Of a DNA stretch of 64,000 bases, positions 52,401-61,461 are shown in pieces. The stretch comes from Candidatus Latescibacterota bacterium (GTDB taxonomy: Bacteria; Latescibacterota; UBA2968; UBA8231). The translations under genes and the position numbers were made by a program. How positions within the stretch are numbered: the first letter of the stretch is position 1; each line of letters begins with the position of its first letter. The stretch lies in NCBI GenBank assembly GCA_965223905.1, contig CBDCXV010000011.1, positions 2,016,001 through 2,080,000 of the forward strand, written 5' to 3'. Under the pieces are notes generated by a model. That model was not told the origin of the DNA. It searched no databases and was given only the letters and a program-made list of their open reading frames with translations.

Positions 52401-52682
52401 GGAGATGTCGAGGCGGGTCGCCGTCTCCCCCATGCCGGCGTAGAGGACGTTGGGGTCGGACTCGGAGATCGCCAGGGCCCCGACCGGGGCGCTGTTGAAG
52501 TACCCGTCGGAGACGTTCTGCCAGTAGGTGCCGGCATCCTCCGTCTTCCACACCCCGCCGGCGCAGGCGCCGAAATAGAAGACCGGGGTCTCGGTCGGAT
52601 GGCCGGCCACGGCGACCACGCGGCCCCCGCGCGGCGGGCCTATGCATCGGTACTTCAGGGCTTCGAAAGCTTTCGGGTCCAT
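49470..52682 (-). CDS. BNR/Asp-box (VPS10/GH74-like) beta-propeller glycosyl hydrolase
   Basis: repeated 'S/TxDGGxTW'; 'IGPPRGGRV'; start MDPKAF. Confidence 0.88.
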   Translation of the reverse strand: MDPKAFEALKYRCIGPPRGGRVVAVAGHPTETPVFYFGACAGGVWKTEDAGTYWQNVSDGYFNSAPVGALAISESDPNVLYAGMGETATRLDISWGDGVYRSSDGGRTWSHTGLEDTRHIGKIRVHPGDPDLVYAAAFGHLFGPNDQRGVYRSRNGGAEWERVLFESDRAGAVDLSMDPNNPRIIYASIWEAYRNFWNMSSGGPGSGLHKTSDGGDTWEDLSDRPGLPKGIKGKIGVAVSPARPQRVWAIVEAEKAGLYRSDDGGENWDLVSGNRDLIHRPFYYCHVFADPQDADTLYILNLKMWKSTDGGATFSEVSTPHGDNHDLWIDPRNPRRMAQGNDGGACVSLNGGESWSTIYNQPTSQFYRISVDSQFPYRVCATQQDNSSISVPSATEFGGISWQHCYPVGSGESGDIAVDPKDPGIVYIGAIGSSPGGNGALQRYDHHTRQIRLVNVWPEESIGSDTADLKYRFNWTFPIAFSKHEEDVLYAAGNILFRTRDEGSSWEAISPDLTRGEAETLLASGGPLTKDASGAEQYGTIYAFAESPLEAGVLWAGSDDGLVHVSRDNGGEWREVTPPELEPRTMVANIEASHHEAGTAYVAATRYKLDDFGAYLYKTENYGETWRSLAGGFPEGEISRVVREDPKQAGLLYAGTETGIAWSPDDGGTWLSLRNNLPVVPVYDIAIVRGDLVAGTHGRSFWILDDLTPLRALAAGAAVGADSLYAPRTTIRHTLHWSAAMFRSDNESVKNYMMGLGANAGYYVKTDANGEVGRKWLDAGENPPKGAIIYYSLAAEPEEPIELTISDSGGEVVRSFNSRVPDADDGEGEEEKEKQKQELHAPAEAGLNRFVWDLRYPGAEKISEESPVRGDPKGLVAPPGKGQGQVAPPGRYQVQLKVGDATFEQSFEVVKDPRVSATQADFEAQFQLGSAVRDRVEQGNQAVDRIRRIQRQLLEWKGRAEEGGAGEIAESAGKLCDELTEIEALLVQIGDESPADILRLPRQLISKLATVASVVGIADAAPPRQARELFDDLSAQLDEIQGRLDRFAETELAAFNEQVRESGLPAVVVD

Positions 52683-52765
52683 CGTTTCACCTTCTGTCGT
52701 CTGTGGGTTTTGCGAGGCGGTGAGGGTATGGCGCCGCTCGCGGTTCGGCAACCTGCCGGCGGCAA

Positions 52766-53353
52766 CTACTCCGCCAGGGGCAGCAGCATGCCGTCCTCGC
52801 CGCCGATCATCTCCGCGGCCCCCCTGAAGAACTCCCGCCCCACCAGTGCCGCGGCCACCGCGTCGAGCTCGTGTCCGCTCATCGAAGCGCGCAGCCCCCT
52901 GACTCCCAGCCGGGCCAGGCCCCTGCGCAGCCCGTCGCGGTCGTGCTGTTGCCGGGGCAGCCCCCAGGTATCGATGGCTCCGCCGGGGTAGCACTCCACC
53001 GGCACCAGGCCGGCAGCCTCGATCTGCGACTTCAGCCCGAGCCCGCGCTCGGTCAGCATGCGCATCGGGCCCAGGGTTATCGGGAAGAAGCGGATTCCCC
53101 GCCGCTGCAGCTCGCGGTCGCACGGCCTGAAGTGTTCCCCGTTGCGATCTTCGATCTCACGCCGGCCCGGCGGCAGGCTGAGCGGCGCGTCGATCGGCAC
53201 GAGGTCCGGGCCGGCGGCGAGGATCAGTTCCAGGATTTCGGCGTCGTCGAAGGCGTGCTGCGTGCAGGCGCGGTCCCCGGTCAGGATGCAGATGCCGGTC
53301 GGTCTCGCGGGTGAGCCGGCCAGGTCGATGCCGGCGACGACCAGCGGTTTCAT
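52766..53353 (-). CDS. DUF429-family RNase H-like protein
   Basis: 'AGIDLAG', 'IDAPLSLP', 'ECYPG', 'ELDAVAAA'. Confidence 0.8.
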   Translation of the reverse strand: MKPLVVAGIDLAGSPARPTGICILTGDRACTQHAFDDAEILELILAAGPDLVPIDAPLSLPPGRREIEDRNGEHFRPCDRELQRRGIRFFPITLGPMRMLTERGLGLKSQIEAAGLVPVECYPGGAIDTWGLPRQQHDRDGLRRGLARLGVRGLRASMSGHELDAVAAALVGREFFRGAAEMIGGEDGMLLPLAE

Positions 53354-53700
53354 TGCGTACCTGTTTTCATCTTGGCCTGACCCCGACGCAGCGGGGATGC
53401 CCGGCTTTCCGCCCGAATCGACTTGTTCACGCCGCGTCGAGTTCCGCACATTAGCAGCTCATTCACCATCGTTTCGTCGCTTTCCCGGGAACAGACGAGG
53501 GGCGCGAAAGGATAGGGGCAAGCAGGGCAAGAGCAACGCCTGCCGGCAGATCACAGGCGGCAGATATTCCGTTCATTAGCATGGGGACCAGGCATCAATC
53601 GCGTTCCCGGATCCGTACACCAGGAGAACGGGGACTTTCAGGTCGCCGGAAGCAGAGTCTGAAAAGATGGAAGCATCCTCCGGCGAGATCGAGGGATCGA

Positions 53701-54891
53701 ATGGCTACATACTCCGATGAAGAACTCGAGAAATTGATGACGGATCTGGAGTCCGACTTCGTGGAACGAAAGGAGTCTGCAGCCGATGGCGTGAAGATCC
53801 GGCGCAATATCTGCGCCTTCGCCAATGATCTGCCGGGAAATGGCAGACCTGGAGTCATTTTTGTGGGGGTGCGGGATGACGGCTCCTGCGCCTCGTTGCG
53901 GATCGACGACGAGCTGTTGAACCGGTTGGCGAACATCAGAGGCGAGGGTGACGTTCAGCCGCTTCCGTCGATGACGGTACAGCGCCGGGTTATCAAAGGC
54001 TGTGAAGTTGCCGTGGTAGCGGTCGAGCCGTCGGCCGATAGGCCGGTGCGTTACCGCGGCCGGGTTTGGGTACGGGTCGGTCCTTCCGTTCGCGGAGGTT
54101 CCGTGGAGGACGAGCGCCGGCTGGGCGAACGCCGCCGCGCCGCAGACCTGCCGTTCGACATGAGGCCCGCTGCTGGCGCGACCATGGCGGACCTCGATTT
54201 GCGCTTCGCCCAGGAACACTACCTTGCCAACGCCATCGCACCCGACGTTCTGGACCGGAACGCCAGACCGCTCGAACACCAACTGCGTTCCTTGCGGCTC
54301 GTCCGGGAAGACAGGCCGACGTGGGGCGCAGTGCTTGCCTTTGGAGAGGATCCGCAGGCATGGGTGCCTGGGGCGTACATTCAGTTCCTGCGCATCGACG
54401 GCACGGAGATTACCGACCCGATCCTGGACCAGAAGCAGCTCACCGGGCGGCTGGACGACGTTCTTCGCCGGCTCGACGAGCTTTTCGACCTGAATATTTC
54501 GGTGCGTACCGAGGTTGCGGGCGTGATCCGGGAAGAGCGACGCCCGGACTATCCGAGCGATGCGCTGCGGCAACTCGCTTACAACGCCGTCATGCATCGC
54601 AGCTATGAAGGCACCAACGCACCGGTAAGGATTCGTTGGTTCACCGACCGTGTCGAAATCGTCAGCCCCGGCGGATTGTACGGCAGAATCACACCCGAAA
54701 ACTTCGGCACCGGTGACACCGACTACCGCAACCCTCTGTTGGCTGAAATCATGTATCATCTGGGGTTCGCGCAACGCTTCGGTCTCGGCGTGCCGTTGGC
54801 TCGCCAAGCCCTTGCCGATAACGGCAATCCACCCCCCGAATTCGGGTTCGAGCCTACCCTCGTCACCGCAACGGTGAGAGCCGCGCAGTGA
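53701..54891 (+). CDS. AlbA_2 (Schlafen-like) plus HATPase_c_4 domain protein
   Basis: 'ESDFVERKES...ICAFAND...IFVGVRDDG'; 'NAVMHRSY', 'IVSPGGL', 'YRNPLLA'. Confidence 0.88.
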   Translation: MATYSDEELEKLMTDLESDFVERKESAADGVKIRRNICAFANDLPGNGRPGVIFVGVRDDGSCASLRIDDELLNRLANIRGEGDVQPLPSMTVQRRVIKGCEVAVVAVEPSADRPVRYRGRVWVRVGPSVRGGSVEDERRLGERRRAADLPFDMRPAAGATMADLDLRFAQEHYLANAIAPDVLDRNARPLEHQLRSLRLVREDRPTWGAVLAFGEDPQAWVPGAYIQFLRIDGTEITDPILDQKQLTGRLDDVLRRLDELFDLNISVRTEVAGVIREERRPDYPSDALRQLAYNAVMHRSYEGTNAPVRIRWFTDRVEIVSPGGLYGRITPENFGTGDTDYRNPLLAEIMYHLGFAQRFGLGVPLARQALADNGNPPPEFGFEPTLVTATVRAAQ

Positions 54892-55898
54892 AGAGCATCG
54901 CAGTATTCAACAACAAGGGTGGGATTGGGAAAACATCCCTCGTTTACCATCTCGCCTGGATGTACGCCAGTCTGGACTACAACGTACTTGCGGCAGATCT
55001 CGACCCTCAGGCGAATCTCACAAGTATGTTCCTGGACGACGACGCAATGGAAAAGCTGTGGGCTGAAGATAACAGAGGCGGCACGATCTACACCGCTCTC
55101 CAGCCCCTCCTGGACGGCGAAGGGGACGTGATGAAGCCGTATGTGACCGAGCCGGCGCCGGGAATCGGGCTGGTTGCGGGCGACCTGTTGTTGTCCGGGG
55201 CTGAAGACGATCTCTCGAGTCAGTGGCCGGACTGTCTCGACCGGAAGCCCCGCGCGTTCCGCGTACTATCGGCCCTGTGGCGAGCCCTGCGGATGGCCGC
55301 GGCAGAGACGGCAGCCGACCTGGTCCTGGTGGATGTCGGGCCGAATCTCGGTGCCCTCAACCGGGCGGCCCTGATAACGGCTGACCACGTGGTCGTACCG
55401 CTGGCGCCTGATTTGTACTCGCTGCAAGGGCTGCGCAACCTCGGGCCGACGCTTCGCCGGTGGAGACAGGAGTGGTTGGACCGCCGGGAACGCAACCCGG
55501 TGCAGGACCTCGACCTTCCCGGTGGAGACATGCGTCCGACAGGCTACGTGGTACTGCAACATGCCGTGCGTCTGAACCGGCCGGTAATGGCGTATGAACG
55601 CTGGATAGGACGTATTCCGGGCGCGTACCGGAACTTCGTGCTCAGCGAGTCCGCCGGAAATCCCGTTGCAACGGACAACGACCCGCATTGCCTGGCCACT
55701 CTCAAACATTTCCGAAGCCTGATGCCGCTCGCCCAGGAGGCGCGCAAACCGATGTTCGCCCTGAAGCCGGCGGACGGGGCGATCGGCGGGCATGTCAATG
55801 CCGTGCGGACCTGCTACCGCGACTTTCGAGCCCTCGCCCGTGAGGTGGCGCTACGATGCAAGGTGCCGAGTCCCGATTTCGAGGCGGTGAGCCAATGA
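54888..55898 (+). CDS. ParA/Soj-like ATPase (orphan)
   Basis: 'FNNKGGIGKTS', 'DLDPQANLT', 'DVGPNLG'. Confidence 0.9.
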   Translation: MKSIAVFNNKGGIGKTSLVYHLAWMYASLDYNVLAADLDPQANLTSMFLDDDAMEKLWAEDNRGGTIYTALQPLLDGEGDVMKPYVTEPAPGIGLVAGDLLLSGAEDDLSSQWPDCLDRKPRAFRVLSALWRALRMAAAETAADLVLVDVGPNLGALNRAALITADHVVVPLAPDLYSLQGLRNLGPTLRRWRQEWLDRRERNPVQDLDLPGGDMRPTGYVVLQHAVRLNRPVMAYERWIGRIPGAYRNFVLSESAGNPVATDNDPHCLATLKHFRSLMPLAQEARKPMFALKPADGAIGGHVNAVRTCYRDFRALAREVALRCKVPSPDFEAVSQ

Positions 55899-57484
55899 CC
55901 GAACCGGAAACCGGCATCCCCAATCCGGGAACGGACGCCGCCGGGCGCAAGCTGCCGATCGGCATTCAGACCTTCCGCACGATCCGCGAGGAGAACTGTT
56001 ACTACGTCGACAAGACCGCCTACCTGCACCGGCTCGTGGAGGGCGGCAAGCACTACTTCCTTTCGCGGCCGCGGCGCTTCGGCAAGAGCCTGTTCCTCGA
56101 CACCTGCAAGGAGCTGTTCGAGGGGAACGAGCCGCTCTTCGAGGGGCTTTACATCCATCCCCGATGGGACTGGTCGGTCCGCCATCCTGTCGTGCGCCTG
56201 AGCTTCGGCAGCGGCAACTTCAAGGAGCCGGGCTACGTCAAGGCGAACCTCATGGCGCAGCTGGACGCCGTTGAACGCCGCGCGAACCTGGCGTCGAAAT
56301 ACGAGACGGAGCCCGAGCGGTTCGCTTTTCTCCTGGAAACTCTGCACGACCGGGCCGGGCAGCCGGTCGCGGTGCTCATCGACGAGTACGACAAGCCGAT
56401 TCTCGACGCCCTCGAGGAGCCGGAAACGGCCCGCACCAACCGCGACTTCCTGCGCGGCCTCTACGCGGTCGTCAAGGACTGCGACGCCCACATCCGCTTC
56501 ACCTTCATCACCGGGGTGAGCAAGTTCTCCAAGGTCAGCCTGTTCTCCGGCCTCAACAACCTCTCCGACATCACCCTGGACCCGCGCTATTCCGCCCTCT
56601 GCGGATACACCGAAGAGGACGTCGATGCGGTGTTCGCCCCCGAGCTTTCCGGCCTCGACCGGGACGAGATCCGCGACTGGTACAACGGCTACAGCTGGCT
56701 CGGGGACGACAAGGTCTACAATCCCTTCGACATCCTGCTGCTGTTCGACAAGCGCCGCTTCGGCGCCTGGTGGTTCGAGACCGGCACGCCGGCGTTCCTG
56801 GTCGAGACGTTGATGGACCGCGGAGTGAGCTCCGTTTCGCTGGACGGCATGCTCGGCAGCGACGCCCTGCTCTCCAGGTTCGACGTCGAGGACATGGCGA
56901 CCGAAGCGCTGCTGTTCCAGACCGGGTACCTGACCATTGACGCTATCGAGCCTCGCGGCGGAAGGACCTTCTACCGGTTGGGCTACCCGAACCGGGAGGT
57001 CCGGCAGAGCCTCAATGAGAGCCTCCTGAACCATCTTGCCGGGGATTCGAGCCGCGGGGAGGAGCACAGCGCCCGGTTGTACGACCTGCTGATGGTCAAC
57101 GACTTCGCCGGGCTGGAGACCCTGTTCCGGGCGTTCCTTTCCGGGATACCCTACCAGTGGCACACGAACAACGACATCGCCGGGTACGAGGGGTACTACG
57201 CCAGCGTCTTCTACTCCTGCTTCGCCGGCCTCGGCCTCGATGTCATCGTCGAGGACAGCACCAGCCACGGGCGCCTCGACATGGCGGTGCTGTTCAACGG
57301 CAACGTGTACCTGTTCGAGTTCAAGGTCGTGGAGCTGACGACGGAGGGGGCGGCCATGGCGCAGTTGAAGGAACGGCGCTATGCCGACAAGTACCGTGCC
57401 CGCGGCGAGCCGATCCACCTGGTCGCCGTGGAGTTCAGCCGCGAGAGCAGGAACATCGTGACTTTCGAAGTGGTCCCCGCATGA
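55895..57484 (+). CDS. AAA-ATPase-like plus PD-(D/E)XK nuclease
   Basis: 'KLPIGIQTF', 'SRPRRFGKSL', 'IDEYDKP', 'GRLDM...FEFK'. Confidence 0.92.
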   Translation: MTEPETGIPNPGTDAAGRKLPIGIQTFRTIREENCYYVDKTAYLHRLVEGGKHYFLSRPRRFGKSLFLDTCKELFEGNEPLFEGLYIHPRWDWSVRHPVVRLSFGSGNFKEPGYVKANLMAQLDAVERRANLASKYETEPERFAFLLETLHDRAGQPVAVLIDEYDKPILDALEEPETARTNRDFLRGLYAVVKDCDAHIRFTFITGVSKFSKVSLFSGLNNLSDITLDPRYSALCGYTEEDVDAVFAPELSGLDRDEIRDWYNGYSWLGDDKVYNPFDILLLFDKRRFGAWWFETGTPAFLVETLMDRGVSSVSLDGMLGSDALLSRFDVEDMATEALLFQTGYLTIDAIEPRGGRTFYRLGYPNREVRQSLNESLLNHLAGDSSRGEEHSARLYDLLMVNDFAGLETLFRAFLSGIPYQWHTNNDIAGYEGYYASVFYSCFAGLGLDVIVEDSTSHGRLDMAVLFNGNVYLFEFKVVELTTEGAAMAQLKERRYADKYRARGEPIHLVAVEFSRESRNIVTFEVVPA

Positions 57485-57506
57485 ATGAAGTGGTCCCCGC
57501 ATGAAT
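57467..57506 (+). repeat. perfect 20-bp tandem duplication at gene junction
   Basis: GAAGTGGTCCCCGCATGAAT x2. Confidence 0.9.
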
Positions 57507-59606
57507 ACTGAACCCATCGCATCCACCGCCGGCCGCGTGCGCGTGAGCGCCGACGTCGGCGGCACTTTCACCGACGTCGTCCTCGTCGACGGCCGCGGCT
57601 CGGTCTGGACCCACAAGGTTCCGTCGACGCCGCCCGACTTCGAGCGCGCCGTGCTCGAGGCCACCCGGCACCTGCTAGAACGGTCGGGGACCGCGGCCTC
57701 CGAGGTCGGCGAGGTGGCGCACGGAACGACCGTGGCGACCAACGCCGTGCTCGAGCGCCGCGGCGCGCGCACCGCCCTGGTGACCACCGGCGGCTTCCGC
57801 GACGTCCTCGAGCTGCGCCGCATCCGCGCCCCGCAGATCTACGACCTCTTCTGGGACAAACCGCCGCAGCTCGTCGAGCGCAGCCTGCGCCTCGAGCTGA
57901 GCGAGCGCGTCGCCGCCGACGGCGAGGTGCTGCGGCCGCTCGTCGAGGAGGAGTTGCGCGCCGTCGGGGAGCGGCTGTCGGGCGAGGAGATCGAATCGGT
58001 GGCGGTCTGCCTGCTGCACTCCTACGCCCACTCCGGGCACGAGCAGGCGGTCGGCGACTATCTGAGCCGCGAGCTGCCCGGGATCCCGGTCTCGCTATCC
58101 CACCAGGTGCTGCCCGAGCGCAAGGAGTACGAGCGCACCGCGACGACGGTCGTCAACGCCTACGTGCGCCCGGTGATGAAGGGCTACCTCGGGGCCCTGG
58201 GGGACGGCCTGCGCGGCATCGGCTGCGACGCCCCGCTGCTGATCATGCAGTCGGCGGGCGGCCTGACCCCCGAGGCGGACGCCGTGGAGCGGCCGGTTTT
58301 CGTCCTCGAGTCCGGGCCCGCGGCCGGGGTGCTGGCCGCGGCCGCGGCGGCCGAAGCCGGGGGGATCGGCAACGTCATCACCCTCGACATGGGGGGGACG
58401 ACGGCGAAGGCCTCGATGATCGAAGGAGGGCGGGTCGGTTACAGCCCGGAGTACGAGGTCGGCTCCACCCTGTCGGCAGGGAGCCGGCTGATGGGGGGCG
58501 GCGGCGAGCTGATACGCGCCCCCAGCCTCGACATAGCCGAGGTCGGGGCGGGGGGCGGCAGTATCGCCTTCCTCGACGCCGCCGGCGGCCTGCGGGTCGG
58601 CCCGCGCAGCGCCGGGGCGGTTCCCGGCCCGGTCTGCTACGGCCGCGGCGGCACCGAGCCGACCCTGACCGACGCCGACGTCGCCCTCGGGTACATCCGC
58701 CCGGGAGCGCTCGCCGACGGCGAGGTCCGCATCGACCCGGAGGCGGCCGCAGCGGTGATCGCCGACCGGGTCGCGGCGCCGCTCGGCCTCGACCTGCTCG
58801 CCGCGGCCGAGGGGATCCACCGCATCGCCAACGCCCGCACCATGCGCGCCCTGCGCTCGGTCTCGACGGAGCGCGGCCGCGACCCCCGCGACTTCGCGCT
58901 GATCGCCTTCGGAGGCGCCGGCCCGGTCCACGCCGCGGGACTGGCGCGCGAGCTGGCCATCGGCACCGTCATCGTCCCTCCGAACCCGGGGCTGTTCAGC
59001 GCCGTCGGGCTGCTCTGCTCCGGGGTCGAGCACCACGAGGTCCGCAGCTGCCTGCTCTCCGGGGAGCAGTTGACCCCTCATGCCCTGGCGGCGATCCGCG
59101 GCGAGATCGACGCCGCCCTGAAGCAGCGCTTCCGCTCCGAGGGGTTCGCGGAGGATGAGGTCGAGCTGCTCTGCTCCGTCGACATGCGCTTCAAGGGACA
59201 GGCCTCCGAGATCCGGATCGAGCTGCCGGGGGCCATCGACCCCGAGGTGATCCCGCGGCTGTCCGCGCACTTCGAAGAGGAGCACGAGCGCCTGTACGGG
59301 CACCGCTCCGACCCGGACAACCCGATCGAGGTGATCGCCGTGCGCGGCATCGGACGCACCGAGGGAAGCGGCCTTCCAGGACGGACCGAGCCCACCGGCG
59401 CTGCCGTGGAAGGGGGTGAGCGCTCTGCGTATTTCGGCGACCTCGGGTCGATCTCCACCCCGGTGGTGGCGCGGGGCGACCTCGATCGATGGGCGGACGG
59501 GCCGTTGCTGATCGACGAGTACGACTCGACCATCGTCGTCCCCCCCGGGGCGCGGGCCCGCCGCGACGACCGGGGCAACCTCCTTATAGAGACCGGTCCC
59601 GCATGA
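57501..59606 (+). CDS. hydantoinase A / 5-oxoprolinase subunit
   Basis: 'DVGGTFTD', 'HGTTVATNA', 'ESGPAAG', 'DMGGTT'. Confidence 0.93.
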   Translation: MNTEPIASTAGRVRVSADVGGTFTDVVLVDGRGSVWTHKVPSTPPDFERAVLEATRHLLERSGTAASEVGEVAHGTTVATNAVLERRGARTALVTTGGFRDVLELRRIRAPQIYDLFWDKPPQLVERSLRLELSERVAADGEVLRPLVEEELRAVGERLSGEEIESVAVCLLHSYAHSGHEQAVGDYLSRELPGIPVSLSHQVLPERKEYERTATTVVNAYVRPVMKGYLGALGDGLRGIGCDAPLLIMQSAGGLTPEADAVERPVFVLESGPAAGVLAAAAAAEAGGIGNVITLDMGGTTAKASMIEGGRVGYSPEYEVGSTLSAGSRLMGGGGELIRAPSLDIAEVGAGGGSIAFLDAAGGLRVGPRSAGAVPGPVCYGRGGTEPTLTDADVALGYIRPGALADGEVRIDPEAAAAVIADRVAAPLGLDLLAAAEGIHRIANARTMRALRSVSTERGRDPRDFALIAFGGAGPVHAAGLARELAIGTVIVPPNPGLFSAVGLLCSGVEHHEVRSCLLSGEQLTPHALAAIRGEIDAALKQRFRSEGFAEDEVELLCSVDMRFKGQASEIRIELPGAIDPEVIPRLSAHFEEEHERLYGHRSDPDNPIEVIAVRGIGRTEGSGLPGRTEPTGAAVEGGERSAYFGDLGSISTPVVARGDLDRWADGPLLIDEYDSTIVVPPGARARRDDRGNLLIETGPA

Positions 59607-61330
59607 GCGCCATCGATCCCATTACCCGGGAAATCATCCAGAACGCCCTGGCCGCCACCGCCGACGAGATGGCCGTCGCCCTCTACCGCACCGCCTACTC
59701 GACGGTGGTCCGCGACTGCCTCGACTACTCGACCTCCCTGTGCGACGCCAACGGCGACATGATCGCCCAGGGGGTCACCATCCCCCTTCATCTCGGCGCC
59801 GTCCCCTACGCCATGGAGACCCTGTTCGCCAAGTTCGAAGGCGACATGGAGCCCGGGGACGTCTTCATCATGAACGACCCGTTCGACGGCGGCATGCACA
59901 TCCCCGACATCTTCATCGTCAAGCCGATCTTCCGCGAGGAGGAGAGGATCGGGTTCGCGGTCAGCACCGCCCACCACCTCGACCTCGGCGGCCGCCTCCC
60001 GGGAAGCTCCGCCTGCGACAACACCGAGATCTTCCACGACGGCCTGCGCATCCCCTGGCTGAAGCTCCATCACCGCGGCGTCCCGGACGACGCCCTCTAC
60101 ACCTTGCTGCGCGCCAACGTACGCGTCCCCCGCATGACCCTCGGCGACCTCAACGCCCAACTGTCGGCCTGCCACATCGGCGAACGCCGCATCCTCGAGC
60201 TGGCCGCCAAGTACGGGGTCGAGACCTTCAGGAGCTGCGCCGCCGACCTCATCGACTACACCGAGCGGCTGGTGCGCGCCGAGATCGCCTCCTGGCCGGA
60301 CGGCAGCCACACCTTCACCGACTACCTCGACAGCAACGGCGTCGGCGGCCCGCGCGTGAAGCTAAAAGTGACGATCACCGTCGAGGGGGACTCGCTCACC
60401 GCCGACTTCCGCGGCACCGACCCGCAGGCGCCCGGGGCGATCAACAACTCCCTCTCCTTCACCGCGTCGGTCGCCACCCTCTGCGTGCGCTCGGTGTTCC
60501 GCGAGGAGATCCCCAACACCGCAGGCATGTTCCGCCCCATCCGGATCGTCACCGAGCCGGGCACCGTGGTCCACGGGGTGATGCCGGCGGCCTCGTCGAT
60601 GCGCGGGATCACCGGCTTCCGCCTCGTCGACACCATGTTCGGGGCGCTGTCGGGGATCGTCCCGGACCGGGTGATGGCCGCCGGCGAAGGGGGCAACTCG
60701 CTGGTGATCATCGGCGGCGAGCACGAGGACAAGTCCCCGTACGTCTACTTCGAGCTCATCTGCGGGACCTGGGGCGGGCGCCCGGACCGCGACGGCATCG
60801 ACGGCATCACCAATCCCGCCAACGTCGCCAGCAACGTCCCGGTCGAGCAGGCGGAGTCGGAGTACCCCCTTCGCATCGAGCGCTACGGCCTCGTCGACGA
60901 CAGCGGCGGCGCCGGGAAGTACCGCGGCGGCATGGCCATCGAGCGCGAGTGGACCCTGCTGAGGGACGACGCCCACCTCGCCATCCGCTCCGACCGCCGC
61001 GACCACCTGCCGTACGGGCTGTACGGCGGCCTGCCGGGATCGCCGTCGAACTCGATCAGGCGCGGGCCTGGCGGCGACGAGGTGCTGCCGACCATGATCT
61101 CGACCCGGCTTGCCGCAGGGGAGAGCCTCTACCACCGGCAGCCGGGAGGCGGCGGCTGGGGCGACCCGCTGGAGCGGCCGCCGCAGGAGGTCGCCCGGGA
61201 CGTCGGCAACGGCAAGGTGTCGCTGCAGTCCGCCCGCCGGGAATACGGGGTCGTCCTCGACGATGGCTTGGCGGTGCTCGAGGAGGAAACCGACAGGCTG
61301 CGCAGCGAAATCCGCGCTTCCCGGGGATGA
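59603..61330 (+). CDS. hydantoinase B / 5-oxoprolinase subunit
   Basis: 'NDPFDGGMHIPD', 'HHLDLGG', 'SGGAGKYRGG', 'GGGGWGDP'. Confidence 0.93.
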   Translation: MSAIDPITREIIQNALAATADEMAVALYRTAYSTVVRDCLDYSTSLCDANGDMIAQGVTIPLHLGAVPYAMETLFAKFEGDMEPGDVFIMNDPFDGGMHIPDIFIVKPIFREEERIGFAVSTAHHLDLGGRLPGSSACDNTEIFHDGLRIPWLKLHHRGVPDDALYTLLRANVRVPRMTLGDLNAQLSACHIGERRILELAAKYGVETFRSCAADLIDYTERLVRAEIASWPDGSHTFTDYLDSNGVGGPRVKLKVTITVEGDSLTADFRGTDPQAPGAINNSLSFTASVATLCVRSVFREEIPNTAGMFRPIRIVTEPGTVVHGVMPAASSMRGITGFRLVDTMFGALSGIVPDRVMAAGEGGNSLVIIGGEHEDKSPYVYFELICGTWGGRPDRDGIDGITNPANVASNVPVEQAESEYPLRIERYGLVDDSGGAGKYRGGMAIEREWTLLRDDAHLAIRSDRRDHLPYGLYGGLPGSPSNSIRRGPGGDEVLPTMISTRLAAGESLYHRQPGGGGWGDPLERPPQEVARDVGNGKVSLQSARREYGVVLDDGLAVLEEETDRLRSEIRASRG

Positions 61331-61461
61331 CCCCCTTGCCGGCCAGGTTGGGAAAGATTCCTTACAGGCCCTGCCGTTGCACCCCTGCCAGGGCGATGGA
61401 CTCTCTCGCACCGCGCCCCTGGGGCCGCCTTTATCCCGTTTAAAGAGAGGATACTTGCGTC

